A stretch of 64,000 nt of DNA, the filler included, from Barthelona sp. PAP020 (lineage: Eukaryota): assembly GCA_040182905.1 (NCBI GenBank). It is 15 parts of 15 records of this genome, joined end to end, with 100 filler letters (N's around TTAATTAATTAA, not from the genome) between each part and the next. Parts side by side here need not be neighbours in the genome. Positions count along the whole stretch, not along the records: positions 8,724 to 12,949 come from JARQWU010000684.1; positions 13,050 to 17,262 come from JARQWU010000685.1; positions 17,363 to 21,575 come from JARQWU010000686.1; 12 more parts are not named here. One strand, given 5' to 3'. The translations under genes and the position numbers were made by a program. Below, piece by piece: positions 11,390 through 21,675 of the stretch (position 1 is its first letter; each line of letters begins with the position of its first letter). The notes beneath the pieces were generated by a model. That model saw nothing but the letters and a program-made list of their open reading frames with translations, was not told where the DNA came from and searched no databases.

Positions 11390-12136
11390 ATGTCTGAAAT
11401 AGAACAAACTCAAGCTTCAATTATTTTGGGGACTATATCTACAATTGGTTGGTTAATTTCATACCTCCCACAAATTTATCAGACTTATCAAAGAAAACGA
11501 AGTGATGATTTATCTATTTCTTTTTTAATATTGCTATTTTCTGCTGATTTCTTTAGTTTAATTGGAGCTTTTTTAAATGATGATAAAACCGTGACCCAAG
11601 TTTTCTCCGGTATATATTTTGTTCTATGTGATACTACTATGATAATTCAATTTATTTATTATGAAAAAAAGAGGAATTTGAGGGAAAATAATTTTGAGCC
11701 TTTGATTGAAATTCATTCCTTTTCTTCTTCTTTTGTGTTAATTTTTGTTTTATTCTTATTTAACACTTCAAATGGAATAACAATTGATTTAAATGTAAAG
11801 GGTGCATTAAATTTGTCACTTTCCACTGTTTTGGGTTGGATATCGAACGTAACATATCCTTTTTCCAGAATACCGCAAATTTTAAAGATGATCAAATATA
11901 AGATTTCTGAATCAGTGAAACCTTTATTTTTTCTCAATGCAATTCTAGCAAATTGCTTTTATGGTTTGTCTTTGTTGCAAAATTGCATTGGATTGTATGT
12001 TGGAGATCGATGTAACATATGTATAGCAAATGTTTCTCCATGGTTGGTTGGTGCTTGGGGCACAATGATATTAGATATCTTTATTGTCTTTCTCTCTATG
12101 AAATATGAGAAAAGGAGCAGACACTTGCTTGAATAA
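11390..12136 (+). CDS. PQ-loop lysosomal amino-acid transporter (PQLC2/YPQ-like)
   Basis: Two PQ-loop motifs (YLPQIYQTYQRK, SRIPQI), 7-TM pattern, dileucine-like C-terminus. Confidence 0.85.
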   Translation: MSEIEQTQASIILGTISTIGWLISYLPQIYQTYQRKRSDDLSISFLILLFSADFFSLIGAFLNDDKTVTQVFSGIYFVLCDTTMIIQFIYYEKKRNLRENNFEPLIEIHSFSSSFVLIFVLFLFNTSNGITIDLNVKGALNLSLSTVLGWISNVTYPFSRIPQILKMIKYKISESVKPLFFLNAILANCFYGLSLLQNCIGLYVGDRCNICIANVSPWLVGAWGTMILDIFIVFLSMKYEKRSRHLLE

Positions 12137-12293
12137 ATTAGTTTCATCGATTTTTTTTTTAATGGCAAACTAAAAAGGGTTCTTTTATTTATGACAGAAG
12201 AAACATACGGAACCAGAAGCAAATATATCTGCAAATCGGTAAAGAATATTAAGGCAAGAAATATTAAATTGCGAATAAAACTGATAACTCCTT

Positions 12294-12949
12294 TTATCCT
12301 CTTACTTTTGGCATTGCACTAAGAAAACTGTTTGCATTAACTTTACTCTTTCTTCTACTTGCAGTTCGTTCCGTTTTAACAATGGTCTTCAATTTTAATT
12401 GATCTTTTTGCTCTTCTGGTTCTTCATTTAAATTTAAACGATCATCCCTATTCATTTCTTGATTCAATTCAGCTTCTTGTGTGGCCCAATCATCGATAAA
12501 TCGTTTTTTATAATGTTCATCTGTGGGCATATCTAAATTAAGTGCGATTAAATTGTTGTCATGGAATCTAGAGGAAAGGGCAATATCGTTGGGATATGTT
12601 TGTTTTGAAGCTTGCAATGAATATTGGGACCTTGGTCTTTGGCCACCAGCAGGAGAAGGCCTTTGAACTCTCATGAGATTACCAACAACATCCAATCCTG
12701 GAACAAACCATTCACCAGTTGCTTGTAATTCTGCTCTTCTTTCTAATTCAGAAGTAACCTCAACAGGAATAAAATTGTCAATAATTAACATTCTGAGACG
12801 TAATTGATTTGTTAATTCGCGAATCGTTTCTAGAAGATCTGCTCTGTCATTCGAAAACTCTTCATTAATGTCTTTAATCTCTTGTTTGCCTGCTTTATAG
12901 AGTTTATACAATTTTTGAATTTTTTGGGTCTTCTTTTCACATTCTTCTT
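12294..12949 (-). CDS. Kinesin-II motor subunit (KIF3/FLA10-like), C-terminal part
   Basis: EIKDINEEFSNDRADLLETIRELTNQLRLRMLIIDNFIP is the kinesin-2 stalk/tail signature. The 5' part is lost at the linker. Confidence 0.85.
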
Positions 12950-13049
12950 NNNNNNNNNNNNNNNNNNNNNNNNNNNNNNNNNNNNNNNNNNNNTTAATTA
13001 ATTAANNNNNNNNNNNNNNNNNNNNNNNNNNNNNNNNNNNNNNNNNNNN

Positions 13050-13458
13050 TGCCAAAATGTTTGTTCATTCTGATATCTTAGAATTAAATAACCCCAATGA
13101 CTATGGTGCAATCGTTTTGGGCAAATTGGGCGCAATTTTAAATAATACTTCAGATACAAACTGTCAAAATATTTCAAAAGAATTGAAAAATTTAATCAAT
13201 GAAAAATATCCCAACATTTCCAAAAAATTCAATTTTAATTATTCAGGAAAAATTAAAAACCTCAATCTTCCTCAAAGACAAAAGAATACCAAGAATGATA
13301 AGCCGAAGAGATTTACTCATGAAAAAAGGCAAAATTTTAAGAGACAAAACAGATCTTACAATCGTGAAGAATTAGATGATGTAATTGAGGTTCAATCTCA
13401 GACTCAACCTCAAAAGACTCAACCAAACAGGAAGATTAGAGTTTTAAAGAAAAAATAG
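13050..13458 (+). CDS. Hypothetical protein, probable C-terminal part
   Basis: Open frame from the contig start with a basic C-terminus. Confidence 0.5.
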
Positions 13459-13648
13459 TTTGAATCAATTGTTAAGGACCTATTTTGTGCCGTATTTCTT
13501 TCCATAAATATCAATGATATTTCATTTTGTTTTGTTGTTAATGTGATTGCCCAAAACTTTGCAAAATTCATGTTTTAGCAGAGTTGAAGAATTTCAAGGT
13601 TAAAAAAAAAAAAGAACAAACCTTTCATACAAATAGCAAAATAAATAT

Positions 13649-14677
13649 TTATTGCGGGATTTTTTTGAAGGGATTTTCATTTGAGGTTAAGTTTTCCTTA
13701 TTTACTTCTTCATTGCTCTGAAGGGAATTATTCTTTTTCTGTGTTTGACTAACAACAGCATCTGAAACTGACCAAAAATGTGCTGGTGTATCAGAAACCC
13801 AAACATTTTCTTTCTTATATGCCAGAATACTTCCCTGCTTTTTTCTTTTCAAATTTGATTTCTTTTCCCAAGAAACTGGTCTTAAACCAGTTGGCAAAGC
13901 AGATGCAGTTTTTTTAATATTTTTCTTTGAGAAAGCATTCTTCTTTACTTTGTGTTTGGTTTCAAAAACTTCATCCAAAATTTGCAAATTATTTTTCATA
14001 GCCGTGATAGGTGTTTCATATTCAATTTTATGTTTTCTTTTTTTTCTCTTCAAAACGGGTGTAGAAACAGGTTCAATTTCAATGTCGCTTTGGGAAGGCG
14101 TTTCTATGTTCATGTTCTTTTCAATAAAATTATTGTCATTGTCAACACTTATAGATGATGATTCAATAATTCCCATGTCATCTTGAATAGTTTCAAACAT
14201 ATCAGTTTCATGGCTATCAGCTTCGATATTTTCAGAAACATTATTAATTTCCATTTCAGCGTCGATTCTTGAAAATTCTTTGTTTGCAATATATTCTATG
14301 TTTTCATTTTCTTCAGTAATTTCATCATCATCAATATTCTCTTCTTCTCCGGAATTGACAGCAGAATTATTATTTTGTAATTCTTTATATTTATCCCATA
14401 ATAAACCCATACGAGTTTCTAATTTTTGAATGTACTCATCTTTTTTTCTCAGTTCTGATTGTAATACAAAAATTTTTTGGTCACGTTCCAATATTTCCTC
14501 ACGATTGTTTGGTTTTTCTTCAAAAAAAGAGTTTTGATTCCTTTCAAACATGTTATACATCGATAAATAAAAATGCCGAAACAATTCTTTCGCTTCAGGA
14601 TTTTCAGGATTTTTGATATTAAACCTTGAATAATTATTCGAATTATTATCTAAAAGATGCTGTTCATACGTTGACAT
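13649..14677 (-). CDS. Hypothetical coiled-coil protein with a TPxxFW motif (possibly CtIP/Sae2-like)
   Basis: 342 aa with an N-terminal coiled coil, acidic middle, basic NLS-like runs and DTPAHFW near the C-terminus. Confidence 0.55.
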   Translation of the reverse strand: MSTYEQHLLDNNSNNYSRFNIKNPENPEAKELFRHFYLSMYNMFERNQNSFFEEKPNNREEILERDQKIFVLQSELRKKDEYIQKLETRMGLLWDKYKELQNNNSAVNSGEEENIDDDEITEENENIEYIANKEFSRIDAEMEINNVSENIEADSHETDMFETIQDDMGIIESSSISVDNDNNFIEKNMNIETPSQSDIEIEPVSTPVLKRKKRKHKIEYETPITAMKNNLQILDEVFETKHKVKKNAFSKKNIKKTASALPTGLRPVSWEKKSNLKRKKQGSILAYKKENVWVSDTPAHFWSVSDAVVSQTQKKNNSLQSNEEVNKENLTSNENPFKKIPQ

Positions 14678-14763
14678 AACATCAGAAATGTTTGTAAATC
14701 AGAAAAAGAAATTTATCTAAAAACACATTTATTTTGTTTCAGTGATGTGACGTTAATATTTTG

Positions 14764-16713
14764 ATGGCAATATTAAACCTATTATTTTTGGCTGTTTTAA
14801 ACAATGAACCAATTGAAGTGAAACAGATCATTCAAATATACAAAATTGATCCGACAGAAATCGACGAAGAACTTTCCATTTCACCTTTAGATTTAGCTAT
14901 TAAATTGTCTCGAGTAAAGATTGTGACTTATTTTTTGCAATTGATTCCTTCTATTTTTGGAATATCTTCAGAAGGAATCTCTCATTTTGAACATGCAATG
15001 TTGGTTGGAAACAATTCGTTGAAGAAAGTATTTAAATGGTTTGCTCAAAAAGAAATTGAATTTTATGTGCAATGTTTAAAGTTTTGGCTTAAAGAATTCT
15101 TTTCCACATTAGAATCCAATAATATTGAATTAACATTTGATTTTTATGAACCTTTCAACACAAACAAAAATGTATTTAATGAATTACCTAATTCTTCGAG
15201 CAATAATATGATGAGATTAAGAAAAACGAAAATAAATGGAAATGATTGCATGTTATTAACAGCTAATACTGTTGATTTTGTATTTTGTGAAAAAAATAAC
15301 GAAATTGTGATGTTTTTTTTAAAACAAGGAAAACTGATTCCTTTTGATGAACTCATTTCTTTTGATGAACTTAAAGATCAATATAAGGACGAGGTAAAAC
15401 GAATGGATGTGGTTGGTGATTGCGTGTTTACTTTGAATGAAAGAGTTGGAATTTTTGGTTCGAAGAAATTGTACAAATTTGGTAAACATCAATTGAATGA
15501 TTTTGAAGTTGGAATAAATGCTTATTTGTGGAGTTATACAATATTTACGTCCAACAACAATTTAGAATGTGATGATCTGAAAGACTATTTTATGGAACGT
15601 CAAAGGACCTCTGAAACAGTTTCTAATAATAATTCAACAGATGACTTAAGTGGGGTTCATTCCAAATTAGTTGACCTGTTTTTTATTTCTGTTAATGATG
15701 ATAAATTAACCACTGATTCTGTTGGTTCTTTAATTTCAAGTCCAATACCTACAAATATGGATCCAGAATTAGCTTATGATTGGCTTCAACGAAAAAAAAT
15801 GTTGGAAAATACTGCAACAGACAAATTATTCAATGATTTGAAACATTTAAGAACCTTACGTGGTAATTTAGAGCAAGATCAGACAACGATTGAAATTTTG
15901 AATGAATTAAAAATTGATGAAGAAAAATTCATTCCTGTCAAGAACGAAAAAATTTCCTTTTTAGAAAATCACCAAACCCATAGAATTTCCTTTAACGATA
16001 TTCATTATCGTGTATATCATGGTTATTCATCTTCTAAGAATGATGATAAACTCCCTTTAAGCAATATTTTCAAACTTTGCTTTGCATTTTCCAAGTTATT
16101 ATTCCGAATACCAATTCAAAACAAATTGTCATTAAACCCTAATTTCTTAAAGTATCTTCCAATTATTACTGTGTTACTCAGATCATCTCTTCGTTGTGGT
16201 TGTCTTTTTGGTCCTATTAATTTTAAATGTTTGTTAAAAGAAGAAAATGAGGATAAAGAATTGCTTCAATCAATCAAATTAAAAGTTAAAATTAAATATA
16301 TTGATACTGTTCTTGGAAGCCCTTTTTTTCCAAATTTTTCTCATCTATTTATGCCTTTGGTTCAGCCAAAACATTTAATATTATCATTAACAGGCAATCT
16401 TGAAGAAGATGAATTATCGCCTGCTCAATTCTGTCAAGCCCCTTCTGTTGCTGTTGCTCCGCCATTAAATTCAATGTTTTTAGATTATGAAAGAATCGCT
16501 TTGCATCCTTCCCTTAACAATTCTGAACTTAAATTTGACAAAATTCATCTGGATAATGGAAGAGTATTTGAAGATGTTGACACTTTTGATGAATCTTTAC
16601 AAGAGATGAATTCTGAAATTGAGTCCAGTGATGATCATGCTGAATCAGAAACAAATTTAAAACAAGATGATACACAAATCATTGATTTGAAACACATGGT
16701 CGATTTTGAATAG
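14764..16713 (+). CDS. Hypothetical protein with N-terminal ankyrin repeats
   Basis: About 650 aa. SPLDLAIKLSRVKIVTYFL and SHFEHAMLVGN are ankyrin-like segments. Confidence 0.7.
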   Translation: MAILNLLFLAVLNNEPIEVKQIIQIYKIDPTEIDEELSISPLDLAIKLSRVKIVTYFLQLIPSIFGISSEGISHFEHAMLVGNNSLKKVFKWFAQKEIEFYVQCLKFWLKEFFSTLESNNIELTFDFYEPFNTNKNVFNELPNSSSNNMMRLRKTKINGNDCMLLTANTVDFVFCEKNNEIVMFFLKQGKLIPFDELISFDELKDQYKDEVKRMDVVGDCVFTLNERVGIFGSKKLYKFGKHQLNDFEVGINAYLWSYTIFTSNNNLECDDLKDYFMERQRTSETVSNNNSTDDLSGVHSKLVDLFFISVNDDKLTTDSVGSLISSPIPTNMDPELAYDWLQRKKMLENTATDKLFNDLKHLRTLRGNLEQDQTTIEILNELKIDEEKFIPVKNEKISFLENHQTHRISFNDIHYRVYHGYSSSKNDDKLPLSNIFKLCFAFSKLLFRIPIQNKLSLNPNFLKYLPIITVLLRSSLRCGCLFGPINFKCLLKEENEDKELLQSIKLKVKIKYIDTVLGSPFFPNFSHLFMPLVQPKHLILSLTGNLEEDELSPAQFCQAPSVAVAPPLNSMFLDYERIALHPSLNNSELKFDKIHLDNGRVFEDVDTFDESLQEMNSEIESSDDHAESETNLKQDDTQIIDLKHMVDFE

Positions 16714-17117
16714 TTTTGTTTTTTGAGCGAAAACATTTAAAATTATTTTGGTAAAATTTCACATAAAAACAAAAGCATTGTTGAAGGAATTTTATTAATG
16801 AAAATATAATCTTTATTAATATGAAGAATAAATGAGTATTTTATTTTTGAAGCTGTTTTGCTAGAATTTCTTTGTTTCAATGAATTTTTTTTTTAATTTA
16901 TTGAAGATATTTGTATTTTATTAACTGATGATTTTCAATCAATATTTCTTTCAAATAAAGATTAAAAAGGAAATCTTTCATTTCTAAAATTCATTTTGAG
17001 ATTCAATATCAAGTTGTTGAATTGAATTATTAATAAGAACGTTATCAAAAGTGAAGTTTTTGTTAAAAATCATCAATTTTTATAAATATGAATTTTATTT
17101 TTCTCTTTTCAAATTAA

Positions 17118-17262
17118 ATGGATCCAGATTCAGATAGAATTCATTTAGATATTTCACAGACTAATGATTTGGAACCAATTATTCCACAATTAGCTCTATT
17201 ACCAAATTTGAAATATTTACATCTATGTGGAAATTCTTTGAACAATTTAGGGGATGATTTAT
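17118..17262 (+). CDS. Leucine-rich repeat protein, N-terminal fragment
   Basis: LRR consensus LPNLKYLHLCGNSLNNL. Truncated by the linker. Confidence 0.7.
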
Positions 17263-17362
17263 NNNNNNNNNNNNNNNNNNNNNNNNNNNNNNNNNNNNNN
17301 NNNNNNTTAATTAATTAANNNNNNNNNNNNNNNNNNNNNNNNNNNNNNNNNNNNNNNNNNNN

Positions 17363-17866
17363 AAAAGAGTCAACAAACAATCCATTCTTCCAGCAATTAT
17401 CAACATGTCTCCAAATATCTCGCAACAAAAAAGTAGCATTTGAAACGTTATCAGCCATTCCCAATTCAGCAAGGTTGAATGAAAATTCGGCATCAAAAGA
17501 ATCCAAATCAGTGCCTTGTAATTGACTTATTGATTCGGCAAAATCAAAAACAAAATCAGTACCAAACATTTGTCGATTATCTTCCAAAAAACCATTAGGC
17601 TCATATAAATCACTCATTTTTGTTGATAACGGATCAGCAAATGGATCAGAAAAAGGATCTTCATCAGTTTCCTCATCATTCACAGTTTCATCCATTTCTT
17701 TTTTTGTATTTACTTCTTCTTCTTCAATAATAACTAATTTTTCTTCTTTGATTATTTGTAAAGGATCTTCAACTTTAATGTCTTCACAATATTCAACAAT
17801 AGGTTTTTTCTCTCCTTCTTCATGGTTATATATCCATTGCAAATCACCCCATTGTGACGACAGCAT
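17363..17866 (-). CDS. Hypothetical acidic protein, N-terminal part
   Basis: Open frame from ATG 17866 to the contig edge. Confidence 0.55.
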
Positions 17867-18072
17867 TTGAAAAAATGAAATAAAAAGTTCTTCCTTTTCT
17901 TTCAATCTTTTACAAGTAAAATTTGTTTGTTACATTCAGCTAATTATCATATGTATGTGTACATGTGTAACTTTAACAGTAAAAAAGATCAATAATCCTT
18001 GTTGCGTGTATACAAACCTTTACTGTAAAAACTAAAACAATTCTCTTTTGGATTTATTTTCTTTTATAACAT

Positions 18073-19275
18073 ATGAGCGAGTTCAACGCAGAAAAAGAAT
18101 TGGCAGAAATCATTCGACATGGGGATGAAACCAATTTGAGAAGATTTTACAATGAGCACAAGCCGAATTTAAACAAACCAATTGAAGTGCCTGTTTCTTG
18201 GTTCATCGAGCCTGAACCTCCTTTACACCTCGCTGCAAGATTTGGAAGGTGTGATCTCATTGAAACTTTGTGTGAATTAGGAGCTTCAATTCATTTGCAT
18301 GATTGTCAAATGCAAAATACTCCATTGCATGTTGCTGCTCAATTTTCAATAGGGTGTGTTGCTGAGTTTATAAATAATGGTGCCAGCATTGAAGCAACAA
18401 ATATAGCTGGATATACTCCTTTACATATTGCGGCTCAATATCAACCGAAAGCGGTGGAAATTCTTGTTAAAGCTGGAGCAAATATTAATGCTCAATCAAG
18501 AGATGGAGCAGCACCAATACATTTGGGACTGTTGGCCCACATGTCTCCAGCTGTGACTCAATTGTTAAACAGTTCAACAGATACAACAGAACAACAAGAA
18601 GTCAGGGGTTGGACACCTTTACATTTGGCATCAGTCTATTATCCCACATCCATACCAAAGTTAATCAAGTATGGAGCCAACATTGAAAAAGAGGACATTG
18701 AAGGGAGAACTCCTTTATTAATTGCCAGTCGTTATGAAAATTCTGAAAGTGTGGACCTTTTGTTAAAGGCCGGTGCTAACCCCTGTGCTCAAGATAACAA
18801 AGGATTTGGGGTTTTGCACTTGGGTGCTGCTGCAGACAATCCAGGAATAGTGCTTCAGTTACTAAAGAATGGTGCTTGTGTTAATTTGAAGGCAAATAAT
18901 GGAGAAACTCCATTACATGTTGCTTCCAACTTGGGATATAATACTGTTGTGAGACATTTAATTAAGTATAACGCAAAAGTTGATGAAAAAGATCAATTTG
19001 GACAAACAGCTCTCATGTTGGCGTGTGACCGTTGGGCTGATGTAACTTTTACATTATTAGAAGCAGGGGCTGACCCAAATGAACAGGATAATATGGGTGA
19101 TACACCATTACACAAAGCTATTAGAGCAAATGCTTCTTCATTGGTTTCTCTATTGTTGGAAAAGGGTGCAGACCCTAATATTGCTAATAAACAAGGCAAA
19201 TCTGCCGTTGACGATGCAGTTTTAAGGGATAATAGATTTGTTCCACTAATTAGACAATATGGTGGAAGAGTCTAA
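18073..19275 (+). CDS. Ankyrin repeat protein
   Basis: About 10 canonical G.TPLH.AA..G...V..LL..GA repeats. Confidence 0.93.
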   Translation: MSEFNAEKELAEIIRHGDETNLRRFYNEHKPNLNKPIEVPVSWFIEPEPPLHLAARFGRCDLIETLCELGASIHLHDCQMQNTPLHVAAQFSIGCVAEFINNGASIEATNIAGYTPLHIAAQYQPKAVEILVKAGANINAQSRDGAAPIHLGLLAHMSPAVTQLLNSSTDTTEQQEVRGWTPLHLASVYYPTSIPKLIKYGANIEKEDIEGRTPLLIASRYENSESVDLLLKAGANPCAQDNKGFGVLHLGAAADNPGIVLQLLKNGACVNLKANNGETPLHVASNLGYNTVVRHLIKYNAKVDEKDQFGQTALMLACDRWADVTFTLLEAGADPNEQDNMGDTPLHKAIRANASSLVSLLLEKGADPNIANKQGKSAVDDAVLRDNRFVPLIRQYGGRV

Positions 19276-19606
19276 TTTCCAATCCAACCATACATTATTC
19301 TATTTTTATAAATTGTTTCTTTTATTAATTGAATGAGTATGATACATCAATATATTTATAAAGAAGAAATTAAAATTAGCGCTGAGAGAAAAATTCAATC
19401 AGTAAAGCAAATGAAATGCGAAAAAATTATTTTTCTTGTTACTGAAAAAATTATACAATTGGTGTATACAAGAAATATAAATATGAAAATCACTTGAAAT
19501 CAGCTCAAAATTCTAAAATAAGAGCGGATACAAAATATGTGTGTTTTTTTTTTATTTTTTTCATTTGCTTTTCTTCAAGTTTTGAGAAATTAGACAACAG
19601 AAAAAG

Positions 19607-20800
19607 ATGAATGAAAAACAGGGACTAATTAAACAAATAGAAGATTATAAAATTCGAGAAGAGAAATTCATGAATGAAATAGAAGATTTGATGAAACAAG
19701 TTGACGATTTCAAAAGAAGGGAAGAGAAATGGTTGCTTGAAAAACAAGAATTGACCCAACTATTGGAAAATTATCAAGAATATAACAGACCTATTACAAA
19801 TCAAAAGGAAGAATCAATTGATGAATTGAATAAGTTTGTCAAAAATAATGATGAAAAACATTTATTTGAAGATAAAAACCATTCTGTTCTTCAAATCAAA
19901 ACATTTGAAGAAAGCCCATCGTTTACTATTGAGTTCCCCGATAAACGAGTTTGTGCTTTTGATTACAGCTTTGATGGAAAGTATTTTGCAATCGCAGGAT
20001 TATCAAGCAAGTTATTAAGAGTTTATGATGCTAAAACACATGAAATTGTGCATGAAGGACAGTATGTGGAGGCAGAAAGTCTTCAGTTTAGTCCCGACTC
20101 CAAATTATTGGCTGTTGGTGGATCTGGTCCGGCAGTATACATTATTGAGGTTGATACTTGGAAAATAGTGAGAGCAATCAGTAGCATGGCCAATAGCATA
20201 ACTTGTTTGAGGTTTTCACCAGATGGAAAATTGCTTTCGTTGGGCATGAATGGTGGTTATGTTGCAATTTACACTGTTGAAGGACAAAAGTTGGATCAAT
20301 CTGCATTCCATGAATCTAGAGAACCCGTGGTATTTGTGCATATTAGTGCGGATATGAAATACTTTATTTCGTCTGGATATAGTGGGTATCCGATGCTGTT
20401 TTCACTAAAAACGTATGAAAGGGTTCACGTCTGGAAAGATTTTTTTGTATCGTGTAGCTTCTCTCCGGACAGCGCTTATTTAGTAGCAGGTAACTCTATG
20501 GGAACAATCAAGATATTTGATGTTGAATCTAAAGAGCTTTTGAGAGAATATAAGGTTCATGATGGTTGTATAAACTGTGTACACTTCTCTCATGATGGTT
20601 CATTGATCTATTCTGGGTCTAGTGACAACTCATTTGCAGTGACTGTTATGAAAACAGGTCAAGTACTTCAAAAAGTACAAGTTTTTACGAATGTTTGGAG
20701 TTTGGCCATTAATGGTGATGAAACAAGGTTGTCCTTTTGTTGTGTTGACAATTATCCGAACAATGTGGTTATTTCAGAGTTTAAGGTGTTGGATACATAA
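19607..20800 (+). CDS. Coiled coil - WD40 protein, paralogue of the C-terminal half of 819..2978
   Basis: Clear similarity to 819..2978 (KLLRVY...THEIV, FSPDSKLLA.GG, IIEVDTW, AIYTVEGQKL, DGSLIYSGS.D.SFAV) but no kinase domain. Confidence 0.9.
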   Translation: MNEKQGLIKQIEDYKIREEKFMNEIEDLMKQVDDFKRREEKWLLEKQELTQLLENYQEYNRPITNQKEESIDELNKFVKNNDEKHLFEDKNHSVLQIKTFEESPSFTIEFPDKRVCAFDYSFDGKYFAIAGLSSKLLRVYDAKTHEIVHEGQYVEAESLQFSPDSKLLAVGGSGPAVYIIEVDTWKIVRAISSMANSITCLRFSPDGKLLSLGMNGGYVAIYTVEGQKLDQSAFHESREPVVFVHISADMKYFISSGYSGYPMLFSLKTYERVHVWKDFFVSCSFSPDSAYLVAGNSMGTIKIFDVESKELLREYKVHDGCINCVHFSHDGSLIYSGSSDNSFAVTVMKTGQVLQKVQVFTNVWSLAINGDETRLSFCCVDNYPNNVVISEFKVLDT

Positions 20801-20911
20801 GATTCTAACTTTGTATCTTTCTTTTGGTTGTCTTTATTACATTTCATTGACCATGAAACCAACATGATTTTTAAATTTGTAAAATTGAGAATTTTTTTTT
20901 GCAAACTTTCA

Positions 20912-21129
20912 TTTATTAGATATTTATGAGGTATGAGTTGTTCAGTGAACAACGAAACGAGTTAGCTTAAGGTTTGAGAAAAAACTCACGTGGATTCTGA
21001 TGCCCAAGTAACTTAAAAAATTGGACCTAAAGGTGGTCAAAAAACAACAAGTAAAGGAAGTGACATTTGATGACCTCTTTATATCTCCAATAATGTAGAA
21101 GTTCATGTTCAACGAACTTCCACATTATT
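20912..21129 (-). repeat. Dispersed repeat R2 with terminal hairpin
   Basis: Reverse complement of 9325-9539. Ends in the inverted repeat AATAATGTAGAAGTTC-9nt-GAACTTCCACATTATT (21089-21129). Confidence 0.9.
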
Positions 21130-21318
21130 CCTTTTTGTTCACTTGTAAGACAGTGTTTCTTGAACCAAAATAATTCACAAGTTTGTTTTTGTATAATTTT
21201 ATAAATTTAACAATTTTGCACTTGCATTGATAAAAAATATTGATAAAAAAAAAAATTAAGGATAAAATGACATATCCTAATTTTTTTTTAATATTATATA
21301 CATACTTTATTTAGTAAT

Positions 21319-21391
21319 GATCGTGTAGCCTAATGGATAGGGCATCTGACTTCGGATCAGAAGATTAGGGGTTCGAGTCCTCTCACGGTCG
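21319..21391 (+). tRNA. tRNA-Arg (TCG)
   Basis: GATCGTG/CACGGTC acceptor, anticodon arm TCTGA-CTTCGGA-TCAGA, T arm GGTTCGAGTCC. Confidence 0.96.
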
Positions 21392-21419
21392 TATTTTGCA
21401 TCAGCAACTTTGGGAAACA

Positions 21420-21430
21420 GGATCGAGTCC
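21420..21430 (+). promoter_or_regulatory. Downstream (external) B-box-like motif GGATCGAGTCC
   Basis: Lies 28 nt after the tRNA-Arg 3' end. The same motif is 26-30 nt after the other tRNAs: 59727-59737 (+), 60120-60130 (-), 62375-62385 (-) and a truncated GGATC at 8724-8728 (-). Confidence 0.7.
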
Positions 21431-21473
21431 CTCACATTTGGAATTTACAAAACAACAACAATTCACGTTGGAC

Positions 21474-21575
21474 TTCACGTTAGGTACAAGAAAAGGTATA
21501 CGAAAGCTTTTATATACGGTGTGTTATTGAAATGAGTAGTTGGGAAAGCCTTGAATTTGAATCCTGGCTGTTTGA
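21474..21575 (+). mobile_element. tRNA-downstream unit B (terminus, runs into contig end)
   Basis: 95 nt identical to 59790-59884, downstream of a different tRNA. Starts TTCACGTTAGG. Confidence 0.65.
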
Positions 21576-21675
21576 NNNNNNNNNNNNNNNNNNNNNNNNN
21601 NNNNNNNNNNNNNNNNNNNTTAATTAATTAANNNNNNNNNNNNNNNNNNNNNNNNNNNNNNNNNNNNNNNNNNNN

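Noticed and set aside
21420..21435. GATCGAGTCCCTCAC as a displaced duplicate of the tRNA-Arg 3' end (bacterial-style attR)
   Set aside because: The same motif follows Thr, Tyr and Lys tRNAs whose own T-arms differ, so it is a shared motif rather than a copy of each tRNA.
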